Source of the DNA: Gammaproteobacteria bacterium
GTDB lineage: Bacteria; Pseudomonadota; Gammaproteobacteria; DSM-16500
Direction: 5' to 3'
Assembly: GCA_039936115.1 (NCBI GenBank)
Contig: JBDTIZ010000066.1
Coordinates: forward strand, 1-56,162
DNA length: 56,162 nucleotides
The position numbers and the translations under genes were made by a program. Of this stretch, positions 29,791 to 39,037 are shown in pieces. How positions within the stretch are numbered: position 1 is the stretch's first letter; each line of letters opens with the position of its first letter. The notes under the pieces were generated by a model. The model worked only from the letters and a program-made list of their open reading frames with translations, did no database searches and was not told where the DNA came from.

Positions 29791-30546
29791 ATGAAAACTG
29801 CGGTTATTACCGGAGTTAGCTCAGGTATTGGATTTGAGCTAGCAAAAGCATTATTGAAAAAAAATTTCAATGTTTATGGAATTAGCAGGCGTACACCTAA
29901 AGAACTATTTGATTATGAGAATTTTAATTTCTTATGTATTGATCTGAATAATTTTGAAAATCTAACTAATAAGATTTCAGAATTTCTAATTAAAAAATTT
30001 AATATTACTAAAATAGATTACCTATTTTTGAATGCGGGTGAATTTAATAAACGGATTGCACCAATTTCAGATACACCAATATCTGAATATGACTATTTAA
30101 TGCGAGTCAATGTATGGAGCTATAAAATAATTCTTGATGTTCTGTTAAGAGCAAGTGTGTTGCTCGACACAGTAATTTTTTCCTCATCTATATCAAGTTT
30201 ACGTGCAAGAAAAGGCATGGGAGCTTATGCGATATCTAAAGCTGCGCTGAATATGATGGCTAAGCTCTACGCGTTAGAGCATCCAGAGGTTTTCTTTTCG
30301 GTTCTAGGGTTATGTAATGTCAACACTTTTGTGGCCGATAATATTTTAAATTTACCGTTATTAGGTGATTTTAATGAATTGGCTGAGCTGAGAGACAGGG
30401 CAAGCATACCAGGATATTTAACTTCACCATTTGATAGAGCAGAGCAGATATTGTTATTGCTTGAATCTGATTTAAAGAAGAAATCTACAAGTGGTGAATT
30501 CATTGAAATAAGGCAATTATTAGAAATAAATAGGATAACAGAATGA
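29791..30546 (+). CDS. short-chain dehydrogenase/reductase (second, divergent)
   Basis: ITGVSSGIGFELAK, LNAG and YAISKAAL (YxxxK). I chose the start at ATG 29791 after GGAG rather than the track start at 29761. Confidence 0.85.
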   Translation: MKTAVITGVSSGIGFELAKALLKKNFNVYGISRRTPKELFDYENFNFLCIDLNNFENLTNKISEFLIKKFNITKIDYLFLNAGEFNKRIAPISDTPISEYDYLMRVNVWSYKIILDVLLRASVLLDTVIFSSSISSLRARKGMGAYAISKAALNMMAKLYALEHPEVFFSVLGLCNVNTFVADNILNLPLLGDFNELAELRDRASIPGYLTSPFDRAEQILLLLESDLKKKSTSGEFIEIRQLLEINRITE

Positions 30547-31211
30547 ATGTATTTATATTGTTAGCTCATCCAGAAATACAAAGTTTTAATGGCGCGTTAT
30601 TTAATGAATCAATTAATTTATTCAATAAAGGTGGCGCTGTGGTAAATAGTACAGATCTTTATCGTTCCAATTTTCATCCTCTATCAGATAGAAGTAATTT
30701 TTCAACTTGTTTTGATTCTAGTTATCTAAAGCTTCAGCTAGAGGAAATACATGCTTCGTGCAATAATGGATTTATGAATGATGTTGAAACTGAGATGTCT
30801 AAAATCGAAGCCTGTGATCTCATGATCTGGCAATTTCCTTTGTGGTGGTTTAGTGTTCCTTCAATTTTGAAAGGTTGGATTGATCGGGTTTTTGCTATGG
30901 GTCGCATGTATGATCATGAGCATGTATTTCAAAATGGTAAATTACGAGGTAAAAGAGCAATGTTATCTCTAACTGTCGGTGGTGAAGAAGCCATGTACCT
31001 AAAAAACGGATTTCTTGGAGATATGGATGCAATTTTACGTCCTATCCATAGAGGGATTTTGCAATTTGTTGGTTTTGATATTTTGAAACCCCATATCACA
31101 TATGCTCCAGTTAGAATGCACCAGTCAGAGCGTACAGGAATATTAACACAATTTTGTGAAAGATTAGCTAAAATTGAAAATGAAAAACCGATTGATGTAG
31201 GTTGTTTTTAG
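30543..31211 (+). CDS. flavodoxin-like-fold NAD(P)H dehydrogenase (quinone), NQO1/KefF-like
   Basis: MNVFILLAHPEIQSFNGAL...DLMIWQFPLWWFSVPSILKGWIDRVF is the Flavodoxin_2 pattern. It has an ATGA overlap with the upstream SDR. Confidence 0.8.
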   Translation: MNVFILLAHPEIQSFNGALFNESINLFNKGGAVVNSTDLYRSNFHPLSDRSNFSTCFDSSYLKLQLEEIHASCNNGFMNDVETEMSKIEACDLMIWQFPLWWFSVPSILKGWIDRVFAMGRMYDHEHVFQNGKLRGKRAMLSLTVGGEEAMYLKNGFLGDMDAILRPIHRGILQFVGFDILKPHITYAPVRMHQSERTGILTQFCERLAKIENEKPIDVGCF

Positions 31212-31256
31212 TTGTCTAATTTTAATAATTAAAAATATAATTTGATGGAGCTAATA

Positions 31257-31775
31257 ATGAACATACACGAATGCATTTTTCCTGACAGAAGTTTAATAGC
31301 AAATGAGATTATTTCTGCTGATTTTCATGACTCATTTAGATTGTTATCTTTAGAAGGCAATCTAGACCCTTTAGATATCTATTTAATAATGGTAAATAAT
31401 ACACCCAGTTGGATCAATCGACTTTTATCATTAAGAAATAAATTAGTTCATCTATTGGGTTTGAACGACGTTGGTAATTTAGGCGCTATTAATGGTTTGG
31501 ATTTTGTTGATAGAGAGAATTTGATTGGTGAAAAACTGGATATTTTTATAATTGAATCATTTAGTAAAAATGAAATGATTCTGACACAGAAGGATAAACA
31601 TCTTGATATAAAAATATCAATATTAAAGCATGAAAATTCTTTAAAAACAGATTTAATTGTATCTACAGTGGTTAATTTTCACAATAAGCTAGGTAAAATA
31701 TATATGACATTAATAGCGCCATTTCATAAGGTTGTTGTAAAAAGACTAATGAAAAATGTTATTTGCAAAAAATGA
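31257..31775 (+). CDS. DUF2867-like protein
   Basis: ADFHDSF...PSWINRLLSLRNKLVHLLGL...EMILTQKDKHLDIKISIL fits my memory of the DUF2867 pattern. I chose ATG 31257, 6 nt after GGAG (the track start is 31242). Confidence 0.55.
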   Translation: MNIHECIFPDRSLIANEIISADFHDSFRLLSLEGNLDPLDIYLIMVNNTPSWINRLLSLRNKLVHLLGLNDVGNLGAINGLDFVDRENLIGEKLDIFIIESFSKNEMILTQKDKHLDIKISILKHENSLKTDLIVSTVVNFHNKLGKIYMTLIAPFHKVVVKRLMKNVICKK

Positions 31776-31813
31776 TAAGTTATCACTATTAGATAAAAAT
31801 TTCTGCAGCATAT

Positions 31814-32353
31814 TTATTTATATGCTGCAAAAAATTCATTTAATAATTTAATTTGTGTATTTTGGGAAGAAGTTGATGAGGTTATACGTTTGTATATTTT
31901 AATTGTTTCCTGTGCTATTGACTTCGCAGCATTGTCTGATAGACATATTCCTTGAATATTTAGCAATTCCTTTAAAATTTTAGCTACTAATTTTGGGTTA
32001 GTGATATTTAGACTATTTTTTGATGTTGAAGCTATTTTCTGGTTTACAAGGATTTGGCTATTAGAGTCCAAGTTTTTTAGATCAATTAATTCTTCAGCAA
32101 GAATGGTTTTTTTTATTTGGTTTATATTTTTAAAGGGCTGTCCTGCGCCTGCTAGGAGCCAGTTAAAATTTACACCCAGGGCTTTGCTATAAAATTTCAA
32201 AGTATCATCATCTGGTGTTCGTGAGCCAGATTCATGTTGTGAGTAAGTAGATGCAGGAATTTTAAATTTTTTCAAAAAATCTTTTGATGTTTTAAATCCA
32301 GCGGCTTTTCTTGCCGCTCTTAAGCGTGCGCCTAAACGTATCATTTCTGTCAT
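31814..32353 (-). CDS. XRE/cI-like repressor (LvrR-like)
   Basis: LGARLRAARKAAGFKTSKDFLKKFKIPASTYSQHESGSRTP...ALGVNFNWLLAG is an HTH_3 domain. It is divergent from the csrA paralog. Confidence 0.8.
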   Translation of the reverse strand: MTEMIRLGARLRAARKAAGFKTSKDFLKKFKIPASTYSQHESGSRTPDDDTLKFYSKALGVNFNWLLAGAGQPFKNINQIKKTILAEELIDLKNLDSNSQILVNQKIASTSKNSLNITNPKLVAKILKELLNIQGICLSDNAAKSIAQETIKIYKRITSSTSSQNTQIKLLNEFFAAYK

Positions 32354-32533
32354 TCAAACACCCTGATTTAGTAAAATCACAATGATGCTATCATATGAGA
32401 ATAGTTTCTCATTGTCTAGTGAGGTGCATGAAATAATTTTGTTGTATATATTTGTTCATTGACAATCATCTAAATAAATTGAAAAAACACATTAAAATAT
32501 TTGACATACAACATGTGGCATGAGAATTTGTAC

Positions 32534-32580
32534 TCACAGAGGATGTGAAGATAAATTCTCAGTAACAAGGATGGAGAATA
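32534..32580 (+). promoter_or_regulatory. CsrA-type binding sites in the csrA-paralog leader (GGA in a hairpin loop plus two GGA motifs)
   Basis: TCACA-GAGGA-TGTGA hairpin at 32534-32548. AAGGATGGAGA at 32567-32577 lies 23-33 nt upstream of the ATG at 32600. Confidence 0.4.
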
Positions 32581-32599
32581 TTATATTAGGTGAAATTTT

Positions 32600-32803
32600 A
32601 TGTTGGTATTAAGAAGAAAAGTTGGTCAGTCCATTATCCTTCATGGGAGGGAAGTCATCACTGTTAAAGTTCTGCGGGAGTCTCAAGGTATTATTACAAT
32701 CGGTGTTAACGCTCCAAGATATATTCAGGTTGATCGAGAAGAAATTTATTTGAAAAAGCAGAAGAATGATTTCATGTTTAAATCAATATCACATTCCAAC
32801 TAA
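32600..32803 (+). CDS. csrA: carbon storage regulator CsrA paralog (ICE-associated, LvrC/CsrT-like)
   Basis: MLVLRRKVGQSIILHGREVITVKVLRESQGIITIGVNAPRYIQVDREEIY is the canonical CsrA fold sequence (MLxLxRKxGE/QSI...GIxAP...V.REEIY). Confidence 0.9.
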   Translation: MLVLRRKVGQSIILHGREVITVKVLRESQGIITIGVNAPRYIQVDREEIYLKKQKNDFMFKSISHSN

Positions 32804-33024
32804 TCTGTGATTAAGATGGTGTTAAGATTATAGGGTTTTGGTCTAGGCAAAAAATATATTGTTTAGACCTCAGCTAGAAACTACAGGATAGCAATAAAGC
32901 CAGGATTATCAATTACGTGTTTTAGTATTCGGTAATATGGAATGTACATTCAATCTTATTATTTGCAATTAGCTAGTCTCACCACTGAAACAACCATGTC
33001 TCATTCGCATTTTTTGAGGTGTAA

Positions 33025-33840
33025 ATGAGAATTTACGGCGCAATACAAATTTGCTTTTGGGAAAAACCAGAAACTCAGCAATTATCTGATGAAGGTAAAT
33101 TGCTCGCAATTTATTTGTTAACTGGCCCGCATAGTAATATGGTCGGTTGCTTTCGCTTACCTGATGGCTACATAACAGAAGATTTACGCTGGGATATGCA
33201 GAAGGTTAAAGATGCGTTCAATGAGCTATCTTCAATCGAGTTTTTGACCCGTGATGAGAATTCAGGATGGTTAGTAGTTCATAACTTTTTAAAATGGAAC
33301 CCAGTTCAAAATCCACGGCAAGGTATTGGAATTCAAAAGTTATTTGATGTCGTGCCAACTAATTCAGCAGTATTTGAACCCTTAGTAAAGGGTTTATTAA
33401 TGCATGGTAAATATTTTGATTCAAGGTTTCTTGAGAGTTTGTTGATACTTAATAAAAATTGCGTAAACCCTATCGATACACATGATGAAAAGTATCTAAC
33501 AGATAAGGATACAGATCAGGATAAAGATCAGAATAATATAAATATATGTGTGTCAGACTCCGCCGATCGTTCACGTGCAATCGAAGTATTGCATTTTCTC
33601 AATGAAAAAACGGGTCGAGTATATCGACCTGTTGATATTAACTTAAAACTTATTATTGCAAGACTAAAGTCTGGCGCAACCGTAAGCGAGTGTTATCAGG
33701 TTATTGCGAAAAAAACGCGTGAGTGGAAAAGTAATCCGCAAATGGCTGAGTACCTTCGTCCTGCAACATTGTTTAATGCCATTAAATTTGAGCAATACGT
33801 CGGTGAGTTAGTTGTCTCTACCTCTGGAGACGAAAAATGA
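33025..33840 (+). CDS. LvrA-like protein with a conserved phage C-terminus (Phg_2220_C) domain
   Basis: AIEVLHFLNEKTGRVYRPVDINLKLIIARLKSGATVSECYQVIAKKTREWKSNPQMAEYLRPATLFNAIKFEQYVGE matches the Phg_2220_C pattern. Confidence 0.7.
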   Translation: MRIYGAIQICFWEKPETQQLSDEGKLLAIYLLTGPHSNMVGCFRLPDGYITEDLRWDMQKVKDAFNELSSIEFLTRDENSGWLVVHNFLKWNPVQNPRQGIGIQKLFDVVPTNSAVFEPLVKGLLMHGKYFDSRFLESLLILNKNCVNPIDTHDEKYLTDKDTDQDKDQNNINICVSDSADRSRAIEVLHFLNEKTGRVYRPVDINLKLIIARLKSGATVSECYQVIAKKTREWKSNPQMAEYLRPATLFNAIKFEQYVGELVVSTSGDEK

Positions 33841-34121
33841 TGAATCGAAATAACTGTTGTCCTGAATGCAAACAATTACTGATCGAAAATCAACAGGACT
33901 GTGTCTGTGGCTGGAAGCTGAAGACAGCAACAGTTGTAAGAGATCGACGCTGCCAATATCAGCTTCCGGAAAGTCGATGCGATATGCCTGGCACCATGTC
34001 GCCTTCTGCTTATGGAAATAGCTGGTTTTGCCCTATTCATTACCATCAATTTAATGAAGCAAGATTAAAAAAAATTATTCTATTTAATTCTAAGCTACAA
34101 AATAATTTCAAGACTGAGTAG
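33837..34121 (+). CDS. small Cys-rich (zinc-ribbon-like) protein, in the LvrB position
   Basis: CCPEC...CVCGW...C...C...CPIH. It has an ATGA overlap with the upstream gene and no family call. Confidence 0.5.
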   Translation: MMNRNNCCPECKQLLIENQQDCVCGWKLKTATVVRDRRCQYQLPESRCDMPGTMSPSAYGNSWFCPIHYHQFNEARLKKIILFNSKLQNNFKTE

Positions 34122-34163
34122 TTAAAATGTTCCACATATAACATGAAAATGGAGAAATAAAAA

Positions 34164-34481
34164 ATGCAAAACTTAAATATAAAATCCAGGCTAAAAAATA
34201 TTTTTATTATATTTTCTAATTTATGTGTTTTTGTGTTTCCTGCAATAGCTTTTGCAAGAGGCGAAACACCTGTGAGTGATGGTCTAAGTTATATTACTAA
34301 CGCAATGTATGGAGCAACAGGCGTTGCTATTGCAACTATAGCAGTTATGTCGGTTGGCTTGCTCTGTATGGGACATATCCTGAAATGGACTGCACTAGGT
34401 TACACAATCATGGGTGTCTCAATCATATTTGGTGCTGGATCAATCGTAAAAGGCATAACAGCACTAACCACTACATTTTAA
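34164..34481 (+). CDS. virB2: T4SS pilin VirB2/TrbC family
   Basis: 105 aa with a long leader ending AIAFA/RG followed by two hydrophobic helices. It lies directly upstream of virB3/virB4. Confidence 0.8.
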   Translation: MQNLNIKSRLKNIFIIFSNLCVFVFPAIAFARGETPVSDGLSYITNAMYGATGVAIATIAVMSVGLLCMGHILKWTALGYTIMGVSIIFGAGSIVKGITALTTTF

Positions 34482-34491
34482 GAGTATCGCA

Positions 34492-34794
34492 ATGAACAAT
34501 GATGAATATTTTTGTGAAGTAGACTACCTAGCAGTCGGATTAACAAAATCGCCAATGTTTATGGGTGTTAATATCAAAATGTTTTTTGCCAATATCGCAT
34601 TTTCCGTTTTGATTTGTATCGATGCACATACACCTCTTGGGATTCCATTTTTCATTGTTAGTCATTTGTTCATGGTTAAGAGTTCAATGAAAGAACCGAA
34701 TTTTTTATACATATGGGTTAAATCATATATAAAAACCCCTCCAATATTAAATTTTTGGTATTGGGGAAAAACAAACAGTTACGAGGCGTGGTGA
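34492..34794 (+). CDS. virB3: T4SS protein VirB3
   Basis: 100 aa. LAVGLTKSPMFMGVN is followed by a TM segment, which is the VirB3 pattern. Confidence 0.8.
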   Translation: MNNDEYFCEVDYLAVGLTKSPMFMGVNIKMFFANIAFSVLICIDAHTPLGIPFFIVSHLFMVKSSMKEPNFLYIWVKSYIKTPPILNFWYWGKTNSYEAW

Positions 34795-34799
34795 TCAGC

Positions 34800-37205
34800 A
34801 TGTTTAAAATGTCTAAGGCATATGATTGGATACTCAAAGGAGAAGATAAGTCCTCCAGGCATATCAATATTTTGACGCATTATAATGATGATACGTTGCT
34901 AGATAAAAGCGGAAAATTAATTAAGCTTATCAAGTTAGAGGGTATCGATTTTGTTACTAAAGATAATCAAACACTTGATATCTATAAAAATCGTCGTAAT
35001 AACCTATTCAAAAACTTTACTTCAGAATTTGCTGTTTATTTTTGGGAAGTGAGACGTAAGACAACATTTTTTACTGAAGGTGATTTTCCTGAAGGATATG
35101 CAAAACAGGTCAATGAAAAATATAAGAACAAGATCAATGATACAGAAATGTATTCTAGTGAGCTTTATTTAGCGATTATGACTAAACAGCCTGAGGGGTT
35201 TTTTCATAAAGGGTTTAATATTTTAAAAGGCTTGAATCACGCAATAGATAAAACAGAAAAGCAAAGCTATCTAGCCAAGCGTCATCTAGAGCTTTGTGAT
35301 GCTACTCGCAAGCTTATGAGCACACTAGCTGAATACAAACCTACGCTTTTGTCAGTTTACACTCATAACAATGTAAAATTTTCTGCGCCCTTAGAATTTC
35401 TTTCGCAAGTGATAAATTTTGATAAAGCCTCTGTGCCGCTTGATATCGGAGATGCCTCTATAGTCCTACCAAGAAATCGGCTTTTCTTTAATCGAAAGGC
35501 AGGGATATTGGAAATGCGCATGGCAGATGGGAATAAAAAATTCGCTGCTATGCTCTCAATCAAAGCATATCAGCCAATTACCTATCAAGGTTTACTTGAT
35601 GAAATAAGTATACTAAAGATCGAATACGTTCTCTCACAGTCATTTCGATTCTATGACCGTCATGTCGCAAAAACAAAACTTCGTGATCAACAAAAAGAAA
35701 TGATGCAGACCAAAGATGAATCACTGAGCCAAACAGAGCAAATTGATGATGCATTTGATAATACCGCAAGCGGTGAAGTAGGTTACGGGGCTCACCACCT
35801 AACTTTGACTTGTTATGCTAATAGCATAGAAGAATTAAATAAAAATATTGCGATGATTGTGTCTAGATTTTCAGACATTGACATTACTTGTGTCCGTGAA
35901 GACGTAGCAAGTGAATGCGCTTTCTGGGCGCAGCTGCCAGGAAATTTTGGTTATATTCTTAGAGCAGCGGATATCTCAACTAAAAATATGGCTGCATTTG
36001 TAAGTTTACATAACTACGCATTAGGTAAGCTGAAAGGGAACCATTGGGGCGATTCTGTCACAATTTTTGAAACATTAGCAGGCAGTCCTTATTATTTCAA
36101 TTTTCATTACAAGGATGTGGGCAATTTTCTGGTCTTTGGATCAATGGGCAGTGGAAAAACCGTCATTATTGGTTTTTTGATTCTTCAAAGTATGAAATTT
36201 GGCGGCAAGCGGATTATCTTTGATAAAGATCGCGGTCTGGAAATACTCGTCAGAGCGATGGGTGGAGTTTATGAGGTTATTAAACCTGGTATTGCAACTG
36301 GATTTAACCCTTGTCATTTAGAGGATGCACCAGAGAACCGCAAATTCTTGTCCTCACTATTTAAGAAAATGTTAACAGCCAACGATGAGCTTTTGACAGA
36401 GAGTGATATTGCACTGATTGAAAATGCAATTGATGGCATGTATCGACTTGATAGACATGAACGCCAATTTAGGCATATCGCATCATTTTTTGGAACTAAA
36501 AAGAAGGACACTCTACGTGCTCGTTTTGACCAATGGCATGGCAATGGAACACATGCTTGGTTATTCGACAATGCGACAGACAGTTTAAATTTAGAGTCAG
36601 ATGTCATGGGGTTCGATTTAGGCAATATTTTATCAGATAAAGAATGTAAAACACCGGCGTTAATGTATTTGACCTATAGAGTCGGTAAAGCAATCGAGGG
36701 ACAAAGAGGATTACTATTTTGTGATGAAGGATGGATATTTCTAGCAGATGAATATTTTCGAGAGTTAATCAATGATTGGTCTAGAACGCCTAGAAAAAAA
36801 GATAATATTTTTGGCCTGGCAACTCAGGTGGCAAATGACACTGTAAACAGTGCTGTAAGTAAATCCATTAATGAATCATCCTTTTGTAAAATATTCTTTC
36901 CCAATCCTAATGCAGATAAAAAAGTGTACGTTAATGATTTTGGTTTAACCGATCATGAATATGAGTTAGTTAAAACTCTTCCAGATGACCAACATTACTT
37001 TTTGCTTATTCATGGCAGAGGTACTAACAAACAATCAGTTGTTATTCGAGCTAATTTAGCTGGTTTAGAAGATGAAATTGCAGTTATTTCAGCTAGAGAA
37101 GAAACAATTAACCTGCTAGATGATATTCGTACAGAAGTTGGTGATGATCCAGCTGACTGGCTACCGCTTTTTCAGAGTAAAAGAAAAGCAGGTAAATTCT
37201 TATGA
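34800..37205 (+). CDS. virB4: T4SS ATPase VirB4
   Basis: ~800 aa. Walker A FGSMGSGKT, Walker B-like LLFCDEGW and a CagE/TrbE/VirB-like N-terminus. I chose ATG 34800, 14 nt after GAGG and just past the virB3 stop. Confidence 0.9.
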   Translation: MFKMSKAYDWILKGEDKSSRHINILTHYNDDTLLDKSGKLIKLIKLEGIDFVTKDNQTLDIYKNRRNNLFKNFTSEFAVYFWEVRRKTTFFTEGDFPEGYAKQVNEKYKNKINDTEMYSSELYLAIMTKQPEGFFHKGFNILKGLNHAIDKTEKQSYLAKRHLELCDATRKLMSTLAEYKPTLLSVYTHNNVKFSAPLEFLSQVINFDKASVPLDIGDASIVLPRNRLFFNRKAGILEMRMADGNKKFAAMLSIKAYQPITYQGLLDEISILKIEYVLSQSFRFYDRHVAKTKLRDQQKEMMQTKDESLSQTEQIDDAFDNTASGEVGYGAHHLTLTCYANSIEELNKNIAMIVSRFSDIDITCVREDVASECAFWAQLPGNFGYILRAADISTKNMAAFVSLHNYALGKLKGNHWGDSVTIFETLAGSPYYFNFHYKDVGNFLVFGSMGSGKTVIIGFLILQSMKFGGKRIIFDKDRGLEILVRAMGGVYEVIKPGIATGFNPCHLEDAPENRKFLSSLFKKMLTANDELLTESDIALIENAIDGMYRLDRHERQFRHIASFFGTKKKDTLRARFDQWHGNGTHAWLFDNATDSLNLESDVMGFDLGNILSDKECKTPALMYLTYRVGKAIEGQRGLLFCDEGWIFLADEYFRELINDWSRTPRKKDNIFGLATQVANDTVNSAVSKSINESSFCKIFFPNPNADKKVYVNDFGLTDHEYELVKTLPDDQHYFLLIHGRGTNKQSVVIRANLAGLEDEIAVISAREETINLLDDIRTEVGDDPADWLPLFQSKRKAGKFL

Positions 37206-37900
37206 ATAAAAAACATTGGCTCATATTTCTAATTTGTATCAATACACTCTGCAATAAATGCTATGCAGATGCTATCTACTCAATTTTAAATTCAACCCGT
37301 CATTTAGAAGCCATTTCCATGGCAATTAACAATGACCAATCGGGCATTTTAAGAAGCCAGCTCGATATTGAAGGCTTAATGAAACAGGTAAGTAATCACA
37401 TGGCAGGAAATTCCGGATGGGGTACTTACCAGTTTCACGATTATCAATCATACGGGGCAGGTGCACATACCTGGGGCGATGTGCAAAGAATGGTAAAAAA
37501 TGGTGGCGGCGGAAGTCAGTTAGGTCAGGCAATAAATGCAATATCAAACCAGTTTCCTTCAAATAATGCGCTATTCAATAAAGGTATTACTGATCCGAGA
37601 ACTCAAACCTACTACAGCTTGCAATCACAAACAATTTTAGCAGCGCGTGCAGCGAGCCAGGTTGACTATGACAAAGTACAAGATCAAATCGGTTATCAAC
37701 AAATGTTGCAGCAGCAAATCGAGAAAACAAAGGATTTAAAAGCAGCTGTCGATCTTAATAATCGGATTCAAGTTGAAGCTAATTTAATAAGTTTGGAGGT
37801 ACTTAGGCAATCTGCAATTGCAAATCAGCAAAGAGCAGTCACTGAACAAGCGGGTATGAACAACGCGTTATTAAACGCTAAATTTTTAACAAAAAGGTAG
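37202..37900 (+). CDS. virB5: T4SS minor pilin/adhesin-like VirB5 family
   Basis: 232 aa, signal peptide (..CNKCYA/DA), helical and Gln-rich. It lies between virB4 and virB6, with an ATGA overlap. Confidence 0.65.
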   Translation: MNKKHWLIFLICINTLCNKCYADAIYSILNSTRHLEAISMAINNDQSGILRSQLDIEGLMKQVSNHMAGNSGWGTYQFHDYQSYGAGAHTWGDVQRMVKNGGGGSQLGQAINAISNQFPSNNALFNKGITDPRTQTYYSLQSQTILAARAASQVDYDKVQDQIGYQQMLQQQIEKTKDLKAAVDLNNRIQVEANLISLEVLRQSAIANQQRAVTEQAGMNNALLNAKFLTKR

Positions 37901-37907
37901 GGCAAAT

Positions 37908-38039
37908 ATGAAAATAAAATTATTTATTATGGCAGTCATTATAAGTGTGATGACGGGTTGTGCAAGTCAGGGAATGAAATCTCCTTGCAATGAACATGCT
38001 AACTTTTGCGGCAATAAAACTAAAATCAATTTGTGGTAA
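37908..38039 (+). CDS. virB7: small lipoprotein, VirB7-like (not in the supplied ORF track)
   Basis: Manual translation gives MKIKLFIMAVIISVMTGCASQGMKSPCNEHANFCGNKTKINLW (43 aa). It has a lipobox VMTG/C and fills the 147-bp gap between virB5 and virB6. Confidence 0.6.
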   Translation: MKIKLFIMAVIISVMTGCASQGMKSPCNEHANFCGNKTKINLW

Positions 38040-38047
38040 TAAAATAA

Positions 38048-39037
38048 ATGATAACAGCACAATCTTTTTTTACAGATACGCTAAATACAGTAGATGCAGT
38101 CATTGGAAATTTTGTCAAGACTGCATATACCAATTTTCTAGAGACCAATTCTGGTGTTATCACATTATTATTTACACTTTATATTATATTTTTAGGATAC
38201 CGTTTTCTTAACCATGATGAAAAAGTGAGTCTGAGTTATCTGACACGCCACCTAATAGTCATGCTTTGTGTCTACAGTATGCTTATGAGCTGGCATTTAT
38301 ATAATCTATTTGTTTATAACATCTTTACGAATGAGCCAAATAATATTTCACAAATATTAGTAAACTCGGCGAAAAACATGCATTCGGGCGAAACAATCGC
38401 CACTGCTTTAGATGAAATATACAAATCAGTTATAAATGCCACTATAGGCTTTTTTGGGCAAGTCAGTTTTAGTGCATCGGGAATAGCGTTTCTTTTCTAT
38501 GGAGTATTAGTTTTTTTCATTGGATCACTTCTGTGTGTGTTTGCATTGCTTCTTTTCATCTATGCAAAAATGATGATGGCAGTATCACTTGCATTAGGCC
38601 CCATGTTTATTTCATTTATTTTGTGGGAACCCACTAAAGGAATGTTTAATGCGTGGCTGAATAAATTAATAACCATAGCTTTAATACCTGTGATTACCTC
38701 AGCAATTTTAGTACTCATGTTGTCCGTTATTAATGTCACTCTTCCGAGCATCAATCAGTCAACTCAAACCATGCAGTTTTATGGCATCGTGCCATTTCTG
38801 GCGCTTACTGTAACAACGACATTAATACTTTCACAGGTGTTTCGTATAGCTAGTGCATTAGGTGGGGGGATAACACTGACCAGCTTATCTAAGGGAGGGG
38901 AGATTATTAAAGAATCTTTAGATAAAGCAGGCGTTGTATCGGCGACCCGCGCTGCATCGAATTGGGTCATGAAACAAGTCACAAGTTCTAAAAAAAATAA
39001 ATACAGGGGAGGCAAGAAGTGGCTACGAAAATATTAA
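38048..39037 (+). CDS. virB6: T4SS inner-membrane protein VirB6/TrbL family
   Basis: 329 aa, polytopic with at least 5 TM helices, and a basic C-terminal tail. The position in the operon is conserved. Confidence 0.8.
   Translation: MITAQSFFTDTLNTVDAVIGNFVKTAYTNFLETNSGVITLLFTLYIIFLGYRFLNHDEKVSLSYLTRHLIVMLCVYSMLMSWHLYNLFVYNIFTNEPNNISQILVNSAKNMHSGETIATALDEIYKSVINATIGFFGQVSFSASGIAFLFYGVLVFFIGSLLCVFALLLFIYAKMMMAVSLALGPMFISFILWEPTKGMFNAWLNKLITIALIPVITSAILVLMLSVINVTLPSINQSTQTMQFYGIVPFLALTVTTTLILSQVFRIASALGGGITLTSLSKGGEIIKESLDKAGVVSATRAASNWVMKQVTSSKKNKYRGGKKWLRKY

Noticed and set aside
34755-34799. Upstream starts of the track ORFs for virB4 (34755) and virB10 (40397).
   Set aside because: Both would overlap the preceding gene substantially. 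Internal ATGs (34800 and 40472) sit just after the upstream stop, 34800 with an SD-like sequence, and give N-termini typical of the families.
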